From NCBI GenBank assembly GCA_963681965.1, contig OY820579.1, forward strand, positions 1,056,001-1,120,000: a stretch of DNA of 64,000 nt. Reading direction: 5' to 3'. Origin of the DNA: a bacterium (lineage in GTDB: Bacteria > Electryoneota > JAOADG01). Positions 57,497-64,000 of this stretch are shown in pieces; the stretch's first letter is position 1, and every line of letters begins with the position of its first letter. The translations under genes and the position numbers were made by a program. Under the pieces are notes generated by a model. It was not told where the DNA came from, searched no databases, and worked only from the letters and a program-made list of their open reading frames with translations.

Positions 57497-59173
57497 TTAT
57501 TGTCGATTAGGCGTAACAACCATTCCAAAAATCTGAGATAATACTGCACGATTGTATACTGCAAGATTGCCGTCGTCGCGAACAGCGATCATGAGACCCC
57601 AAGGATAATCGGCGATCGGATTATGGCACATGATAACTTCCTGAACTTTCGCGTAGATACCGGTTTGAAGCATCGTTGCAAGCGGACGGAAGGTAACGCG
57701 ATCGAATACGCGAATATTGTTGAATTCGTCTAATGCGATTAGATAGCCACCCTGTGCATTGTCCCAGAGTGAAAGTGCCGTAACAGGCGACTCGAACAGA
57801 TCTTTTCCTAGGGAAGTAATGAATGAACCGTCGATACCATACACGTCGACCCGACCGTACTGCTTGTCGATTAATGAAGTATAGATTCGGTGGTGGCGAG
57901 GATCGTATGCGATGTCGGTGATTTTGTCGGCATTCTTTAAATTACTCGAAGCAAAAGCGATTGGTGTCGATCCCGAGATTTTATTCTCGTTCCAAATCAG
58001 ATCAATCGATTTGATCGATGCGTTAGTCGTTCCAAAATTGTCAAGAACCCATGCCGAATTTTCCCCGACGGCAATAACATAAGGCGCCTGCAATGCGCCA
58101 TTGCCAAGATACCCAACTAGTTTCAATCCGGGAAGTGTCATTACGCAAATACGCTTGGTTCCGGAAGAGGCAACGAACAAATAATCTTTGCCTTCATGTT
58201 TTACTACTGCAATGCTCCGCGGATGATCCACTACGACTACTTGCTCGAGATCGGCTTTAATTTTAACTCTGATCGAATCGCAAGTAGAACGCTGTGTTGG
58301 TAGGGGTTTACCTTCGTCGGTCGCTTTGGCAAGTTTTTGTTCCGAAGCGGAAGCAATCATTTGTAACGAGGTAACAACTGGATCGATTTCCGGCAACCTT
58401 GTCCGTTTCGTATCGTAAATCGGTTGCGTTTCAGTGACGACTTTTTGCGCTTGAGCAATCTGGGCATTCAATAGCGGAATTTGCTCTTGACTTTTTTTAA
58501 GCACGACTTTGATCGAATCGAGCGATTTCTTCGTGGCAATTATTTTCCCGTCAGCTTTCCATTTCACCGAATTTTTCTTGGCGGTATCCACAATCTGGGT
58601 TTGCTCTTTGATGATATTCTTGAACTCGGCGATGGAGGCTTCGGCGCTGGAGATTTGGTCTTGTGTCTTTGCCAATAATTCCGTTTGAGACTTAACGCTT
58701 GCCTGATTATCGGCAATCCGTTTTTCTAGAACAGGAGTTTCTTGAACAAGAGTTGTCTTTTCAGCTTGAAGGCGCACGATCACCTTCTTTGCAGAATCGG
58801 CGCGGCTCGATTCATCGAGTTTGAGCTGTTCGAGTTGAGCGATATGCGAGTTAATTTCTGCTATTTGGGAGGAAAGTTCGGCATCGCGACGATACACTCT
58901 GATTGATTCCGCTTGGAATTGCTCGATTCCAACGAAAGGAAGCGTTGACAACGTCTTTCCAGTTACCGGATCGATCGCGATCAACGAATTTTTTTCCGGA
59001 TCGGTCAGAAGAATCTGAGTGGTTGAATCGTTTACACTCCAAGTCGTTCCGGAAACGGGATGAATTGGGAGCTTTAAAGTATTGCTCGGTTGGATTTGAG
59101 TTTGCGCCCAAGTCATAGTTGCCAACAACATAACCCAAAGAAGTATTAAACGTGTCACGGACAAACGGTTCAT
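57497..59173 (-). CDS. Secreted beta-propeller (phytase/NHL-like) protein with a long inserted coiled coil
   Basis: GGAGG RBS before ATG 59173 and a signal peptide. Propeller blades flank about 230 aa of heptad-rich helix. C-terminal VFDR..P.G...AVRDDGN resembles beta-propeller phytases. Confidence 0.6.
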   Translation of the reverse strand: MNRLSVTRLILLWVMLLATMTWAQTQIQPSNTLKLPIHPVSGTTWSVNDSTTQILLTDPEKNSLIAIDPVTGKTLSTLPFVGIEQFQAESIRVYRRDAELSSQIAEINSHIAQLEQLKLDESSRADSAKKVIVRLQAEKTTLVQETPVLEKRIADNQASVKSQTELLAKTQDQISSAEASIAEFKNIIKEQTQIVDTAKKNSVKWKADGKIIATKKSLDSIKVVLKKSQEQIPLLNAQIAQAQKVVTETQPIYDTKRTRLPEIDPVVTSLQMIASASEQKLAKATDEGKPLPTQRSTCDSIRVKIKADLEQVVVVDHPRSIAVVKHEGKDYLFVASSGTKRICVMTLPGLKLVGYLGNGALQAPYVIAVGENSAWVLDNFGTTNASIKSIDLIWNENKISGSTPIAFASSNLKNADKITDIAYDPRHHRIYTSLIDKQYGRVDVYGIDGSFITSLGKDLFESPVTALSLWDNAQGGYLIALDEFNNIRVFDRVTFRPLATMLQTGIYAKVQEVIMCHNPIADYPWGLMIAVRDDGNLAVYNRAVLSQIFGMVVTPNRQ

Positions 59174-59431
59174 ATTTTCCTCCACTGTATCAAGGAATTT
59201 GTTGCTAAAAAAGCTGATGTTCAAGCGAATGAGAAAGATACTACGGATTTTTTTACCCTGATCTATCGCTACTGCCTCAGTTGATAAAAGAAAAAGAGCC
59301 AACTGCTTTAAATTTAGGGGCAAACTGAACAAAAACAATGCAATAATGATTATGTACAATATAGATACGAAACTTGGAGTATCAGCTACCCTATTCTTGC
59401 TTCTCGGAGTCAGCCAAGAAGTTTTAGACTG

Positions 59432-61840
59432 TTATTGTTTTTTCAACGTTACGATCGTGGCACCCCCTGAACCTTCGCCATATAGTCCAACTCGCCACTC
59501 AGCAACAAAAGAACACTTCTTGAGAAACTCCGCGGTCGCTTCCTTTAGTACACCCATCCCTTTCCCGTGAATGATCTCAACTCGGGACCACCCTTCGGCG
59601 GCTGCATCGGCAATGTAAGTTTCGAGGGTTTCCAGCGCTTCTTCTCGCAACATACCTCTTAAATCGACGCGATTTCCAACGCCAGTTGATGTACTACGGG
59701 CAGAAGTTGTCGCGGCTGGGCGAGCCACCCCTTTTCCGGGAAGAATACTGTCGAAGGAGAGGCGTATTTTAACGTTTCCAGCTTCTACCTGCACATAATC
59801 ATCGCCAATTGCCGTCACCATAGCTTCGTTTCCACTGTCGCGTAATTTGACCAAATCGCCGACCCGAAGCTCTCGAGCCGGTTCGACAGGTTGAACATGA
59901 ATCGGTGTTGGCGTTGCTGAAGCGTTATTTGGTGTTGGCGAAATAGTACTGATCGATCTCTTTTTGGGTGAACTATTCGTTTTGCTGCGCAATTCGTCGC
60001 GTATTGCATCGATTGTTGCATGGGCTTGTCGAATTGCTTCGGGAGTCGCTTGTGTTTCACGCAATTGACGAACTTCAGCTTCGATCCGTTTGTTCGCGTC
60101 TCGTAAAATCCCCTCGGCAAGGGTCGATGCTTCCCGTTTGGCGTGTAGTAATTCTGCCTTTGCGGTTTCCCGGTCGGTTTTCGCGGCTTCAGCCTGACGG
60201 TCAATCTCGGATTTTTCTTTTAACGTTTCCCGTTGAAGGCGCTGAGTCTCCTCTCGAATCGTTGAAATCTCTTCCAGTAGCCGTTCGATTTGCACCGTTC
60301 GATCGCCTAATAGCGATTTTGCCCGATCAAGCACGTTGACGGGAATATTGACCTTCGCAGCGATTTCCAGTGCATAACTGGATCCCGGTACGCCCAATCG
60401 GAATCGAAAAGTCGGATGAAGACCATGCTCGTCAAAAGTCATCGACCCATTAATCATTCCCGGTTCTTCTTGTACGAATAGCTTTAGTGATGATTGGTGC
60501 GTCGTACAAACCACAAAGCAGCCATCGTCACGCCACCGTTCCAGCAATGCGCGCGATAGCGCACTCCCTTCGGTGGGATCGGTTCCACTACAGATTTCAT
60601 CGACCAGTATCAGCTTATTCGATTGTCGGCTTTGAAGAGTTCGGACTAAACCCGTCAGGTGAGCACTGAAAGTCGAGAGGTCAGTCTCGATCGATTGATC
60701 GTCGCCGATGATGGCAAATAGTTCGGTAAGGAACGGTATTTCCGCTACATCGCAACATACCGGAAGACCGGAAAGCGCCATTGCCAGAGTTAAACCAACA
60801 GTCTTCAGAGTAACGGTTTTACCGCCGGCATTGGGTCCGGAGATCAACAACACGCGACCGTCCTGCTCGGTTAAATCGAGATCGAGCGGAACCACATGGT
60901 CTCTACCGATTCGTAACTGGAGCAAAGGGTGTCGTGCGCCGCGCAGACGTAATTCTCGAGTCGGTGACAGCGTGGGAAGACACCCATTGACGGCTTTACC
61001 GAAAAATACCCGTGCCGATAGGTGATCGAGTTGAATGGCTGCAGCGACCGACTCTTCGATTTGGACGATTTCTGGCTGGATTTGATTCGCCAGCACCTTG
61101 AGGATTCGTCGAATTTCTTCTTCTTCCTCGTGTAACGTGGCTCGCATACGATTGCCCAACTCAATCACTGCGATCGGTTCGACGTAAACGGTATTGCCGC
61201 TTTGGCTAGTATCCTGAGCTACGCCACGGACGCGATTTTTAAAATTGACCAACACCGGAATGACATAATGACCATCGCGAATCGTGACGAGTTCGTCCTG
61301 CAGATACCCCTTACTCGCCCAGTCTTTCAGAGAAGATTCGAGTGAATCGCGAATCAACGATTCGAATTTTGCCAGTTCGCGGCGGATTTTCCGAAGTTCG
61401 ACCGAGGCATCGTCGCGTACCCGACCATTAGGGTCAATGATGTCGTCGATCGCTTCTTCGAGATCGGGACGCGCTTGAATTCGATCGACGATCGCTTTTA
61501 ATTCGGTCGATCGGTTTCCGCGATCGGTAAACCATTTGCGAACAACTCGCAACCCGTGGAGTGAATGCTGTAACTGGAGAAATTCATCGGTATCGAGACT
61601 GGCATCGATCGACTGCAAACGTTCAAGTACTTTCCGCGGATCGCCGATTTCGAAAAACGGAGGAGATCCCTCTTCGAGTAAATACCAGAGTCGTTCTAAC
61701 CAAACTAATTCGCCAGCGAGAAACTCCTCATCGGTGTGAGGGGTTAACCTGCGGAGCAAATCTTCTGCAATCGGCGTTCCGGCATAATGCGCAACGGCGT
61801 CGAGGAGTCTGCGAAATTCTAGGGAATCGGGAATGTTCAT
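59432..61840 (-). CDS. mutS2: Endonuclease MutS2
   Basis: SQSGNTVYVEP, ISGPNAGGKT, IGDDQSI..LSTFSAH, DEICSGTDP and Smr domain IIHGKG..GGAT. Confidence 0.96.
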   Translation of the reverse strand: MNIPDSLEFRRLLDAVAHYAGTPIAEDLLRRLTPHTDEEFLAGELVWLERLWYLLEEGSPPFFEIGDPRKVLERLQSIDASLDTDEFLQLQHSLHGLRVVRKWFTDRGNRSTELKAIVDRIQARPDLEEAIDDIIDPNGRVRDDASVELRKIRRELAKFESLIRDSLESSLKDWASKGYLQDELVTIRDGHYVIPVLVNFKNRVRGVAQDTSQSGNTVYVEPIAVIELGNRMRATLHEEEEEIRRILKVLANQIQPEIVQIEESVAAAIQLDHLSARVFFGKAVNGCLPTLSPTRELRLRGARHPLLQLRIGRDHVVPLDLDLTEQDGRVLLISGPNAGGKTVTLKTVGLTLAMALSGLPVCCDVAEIPFLTELFAIIGDDQSIETDLSTFSAHLTGLVRTLQSRQSNKLILVDEICSGTDPTEGSALSRALLERWRDDGCFVVCTTHQSSLKLFVQEEPGMINGSMTFDEHGLHPTFRFRLGVPGSSYALEIAAKVNIPVNVLDRAKSLLGDRTVQIERLLEEISTIREETQRLQRETLKEKSEIDRQAEAAKTDRETAKAELLHAKREASTLAEGILRDANKRIEAEVRQLRETQATPEAIRQAHATIDAIRDELRSKTNSSPKKRSISTISPTPNNASATPTPIHVQPVEPARELRVGDLVKLRDSGNEAMVTAIGDDYVQVEAGNVKIRLSFDSILPGKGVARPAATTSARSTSTGVGNRVDLRGMLREEALETLETYIADAAAEGWSRVEIIHGKGMGVLKEATAEFLKKCSFVAEWRVGLYGEGSGGATIVTLKKQ

Positions 61841-62625
61841 TTGAATCGAGGATCGGGACGAACTTCAGGTGTTACAGCCCGTTGGTATTCTTGTTTCGAG
61901 ACAATTAGTTGCCAAATTTTCTGCGATTTTTTCTCATTACTCAGAGAATCGGTGGCAACTACCACTTTGATTTGGTCATATAGTGAATTATCGACTGGTA
62001 TGGCAACACCAGGTGTCGGTCTAGTTTCACCCTGTTTGATTAATTCCTGCATCAGCTCCGGGTTGCCGAACAGCTTGTCGATTGCCGAATGGCTAACGCC
62101 CCATTTCAAGAGCATCGATGATAGTTGGCGAGTGATTTCGTCGGTAAAGGTGCGCGCGCGATTGGCTAGTAATTCCGAACCGGAAGTAATCATCGGGGCA
62201 TAAGTACCTTCATTTGCCCAGATTTTGAACCGCTCCGATGAGGGACTCAGAAGACCGATCATGACGAGCAAAATGAGTAGAACAATCCCTTGCACTACAC
62301 CAAAGAAAAAACCGAAGACGCGATCCATTCCTCCGAGCATTGTAATTTCTGCACCTTTGTGAATCATCGCGCCGATAATTTTAACGATAACATAGCCGAT
62401 GAGAAAAAGTGCGATGAACATTAGGCTGCATCGAGAAAGATAGGAGAGTGGAATCATGTCGGCTTGAATTGCCGATTCGCGAAAGAGAAATGTTGCTAAA
62501 AGAAAGCCACCGATCACCGCCAACACTCCGAACAGCGAGCGCATGAACCCCTTAACCACTCCTCGAATTCCGAAGGCGCAAAGTAACACCAAAAAAATTG
62601 TATCGGCGGACGACCAATTCTCCAT
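61837..62625 (-). CDS. cvpA: CvpA-family (colicin V production) membrane protein
   Basis: D..GIRGVVKGF and DRVFGFFFG. Overlaps the mutS2 start, a common synteny. Confidence 0.85.
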   Translation of the reverse strand: MENWSSADTIFLVLLCAFGIRGVVKGFMRSLFGVLAVIGGFLLATFLFRESAIQADMIPLSYLSRCSLMFIALFLIGYVIVKIIGAMIHKGAEITMLGGMDRVFGFFFGVVQGIVLLILLVMIGLLSPSSERFKIWANEGTYAPMITSGSELLANRARTFTDEITRQLSSMLLKWGVSHSAIDKLFGNPELMQELIKQGETRPTPGVAIPVDNSLYDQIKVVVATDSLSNEKKSQKIWQLIVSKQEYQRAVTPEVRPDPRFK

Positions 62626-62769
62626 GAATAATTTCTCTCGAATGATTAGTCAATAAACGATCGAATGAAGGACGATCGGTTCTTTTCAAGGCATAATTTA
62701 CGACAGGCAATGAGCCATGTAAAACACGATTCTCGTGGTTTGATCAGTTAGACGCGATCAAAGGAACAT

Positions 62770-63120
62770 TTACGAGAGCAAACTTTCACCCGGAGAATAG
62801 CGCAAAACATTGACTTTCTCCAGTGTGACCAAACCTTCGTTGAGCATTTCGTCGAGTTGTGGGAGAATTCGGTCGATATTCTCCTTGGAATCGACGACTT
62901 CAATTACCAGTGGTAAATCGCCACTTAACCGGAGGATGTGATCGGTATGCAGATGACTCTTTGCACCGAAACCCATAATTCCGCGTACAACCGTTGCACC
63001 GGCGATGTGTTCGCGTTTGAGAAATTCGACAATTGCCTGATATAATGGTTGTTTATTGTATCGATCGGATTCGCCAATAAAGATTCGCATCAGAAAATGA
63101 TCGCCACTCAAAGTGCGCAT
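62770..63120 (-). CDS. DUF190 (PII-like) protein
   Basis: RIFIGESD..PLY..AGATVVRGIMGFG..LRLSGDLPLVIEVVD. GGAGG RBS before ATG 63120. Adjacent to crcB. Confidence 0.9.
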   Translation of the reverse strand: MRTLSGDHFLMRIFIGESDRYNKQPLYQAIVEFLKREHIAGATVVRGIMGFGAKSHLHTDHILRLSGDLPLVIEVVDSKENIDRILPQLDEMLNEGLVTLEKVNVLRYSPGESLLS

Positions 63121-63121
63121 C

Positions 63122-63511
63122 TCAGTTTCCTCCCAACAGTGCTTTAGCCGCCACAATTCCGAGCCAACAAGCCAGTAAACACCCCAATAGATTTGCCGAG
63201 GAGTTCAACAATGCGGTATTCCACATTCGGGTTTCCAACAATTTTACGGTCTCGTAGCTGAAGGTGGAAAAAGTAGTGAAAGCACCCAGAAAACCAATCG
63301 TTGCTGCGACTCGGACCGTTCGGGGGAGCAGTGTTGTCGCCGTTCCCACTTGCATGATGAAGCCAATCGCAAAACTGCCGAGAACATTGACAACCAGTGT
63401 CCCGAGTGGAAACTGATCGGAATCGACAATTTTGTATACAAATCCGGTCAACCCGTATCGGCAGAGTGTACCGAGTACACCGGCGATACTAACCCAGAGA
63501 ACTTCAGTCAT
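63122..63511 (-). CDS. crcB: Fluoride channel CrcB/Fluc
   Basis: GTLCRY, FPLGTLVVNVLGSF and GFLGAFTTFSTFSYE. Confidence 0.95.
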   Translation of the reverse strand: MTEVLWVSIAGVLGTLCRYGLTGFVYKIVDSDQFPLGTLVVNVLGSFAIGFIMQVGTATTLLPRTVRVAATIGFLGAFTTFSTFSYETVKLLETRMWNTALLNSSANLLGCLLACWLGIVAAKALLGGN

Positions 63512-63541
63512 AGTAAAATATGCTCTGTTACCAATTTAGAA

Positions 63542-63997
63542 CTACGCACCAAGTGATGTTTTGACGAGTGTTGCGATTTTTCCGGCATCGAATCGACCTT
63601 TGGTCTGAGGCTGCACGATTCCCATCACTTTACCCATTTCTTTGATCGACGTTGCACCAGTCTGAGTGACCGCATCGGCGATAATTTGTTTGACCTCTTC
63701 TTCGGTCAAGGGAGTGGGGAGGTACGATTTAATGATTTCGATTTCAGCCTGTTCGCGTTCGACCATATCGGCACGATTCGCCTTCTGATACAGAACAATC
63801 GATTCTTCGCGCTGTTTTTTGGCTTTTTCCAATACCGTCAACTCTTCGGTGGGACCGAACCCTTTTCCCATCGAATCGATCCGAGCTTTTTTGACGGCTG
63901 CAAGAATCGTGGTTAAAATTTCACGGCGACGGGCATCGTGGTTCTTTAACGCTTCTTGAGCGTCATGTGTCAAGCGTTGTTCCAAGGTTTCAGACAT
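63542..63997 (-). CDS. GatB/YqeY domain protein
   Basis: KQREESI..Y..ANR..E.AEIEII.SYLP and KEMGKVMG. Confidence 0.9.
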   Translation of the reverse strand: MSETLEQRLTHDAQEALKNHDARRREILTTILAAVKKARIDSMGKGFGPTEELTVLEKAKKQREESIVLYQKANRADMVEREQAEIEIIKSYLPTPLTEEEVKQIIADAVTQTGATSIKEMGKVMGIVQPQTKGRFDAGKIATLVKTSLGA

Positions 63998-64000
63998 GTT

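Noticed and set aside
59174-59359. 62-aa N-terminal extension in the ORF track for the 620-aa protein
   Set aside because: The GGAGG RBS and signal peptide point to the ATG at 59173. The extension is AT-rich intergenic sequence.
63512-63541. Fluoride riboswitch expected upstream of crcB
   Set aside because: The gap to yqeY is only 30 bp and lacks the GGCGATGG...TGA..CCTAC-type consensus. crcB is probably read from an upstream operon promoter.
1-64000. CRISPR array, tRNA/rRNA genes, prophage or integrase
   Set aside because: No regularly spaced direct repeats, cloverleaf/T-loop signatures or phage/integrase motifs seen by eye. tRNAscan-SE and a CRISPR finder would confirm.

Overview
A 64-kb chromosomal segment from a diderm bacterium, probably an FCB-related or candidate-phylum lineage. 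This is inferred from two NYPNPFN-type C-terminal sorting domains, a fused ccoNO, Wzi- and YjbH-like barrels and PpiD. I saw no rRNA, tRNA, CRISPR array, prophage or intact IS. The first 17 kb is a signalling-rich region. It holds an Ig-repeat surface protein, an adenylate cyclase-STAND-TPR protein and a 1671-aa pseudokinase-STAND-TPR-GAF-sigma54 activator. Directly after the activator is a near-consensus -24/-12 promoter leading into three orphan genes. The last of these looks like a shortened, catalytically dead IS1634 transposase derivative kept as an intact ORF. A rearranged stressosome operon follows (rsbS-rsbT-rsbR-rsbX-like) and ends in a HisKA-only protein. 17-32 kb encodes envelope and polysaccharide functions: a secreted M16 peptidase, a deacetylase with a TPR/beta-barrel exporter, a heparinase II/III-like lyase with a long barrel-like tail, and a BNR propeller. 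The rest is mostly housekeeping: RRM protein (apparent AUU start), yciI, SDR, dnaG, split cbb3 oxidase cluster (including ccoS and ccoQ, both missed by the ORF track), M16B pair, ppiD, wzi, CoA transferase, a phytase-like propeller with a coiled-coil insert, mutS2, cvpA, DUF190, crcB and yqeY. The palindrome CGATCG looks strongly over-represented. All family calls come from motif recognition by eye; no database searches were run.
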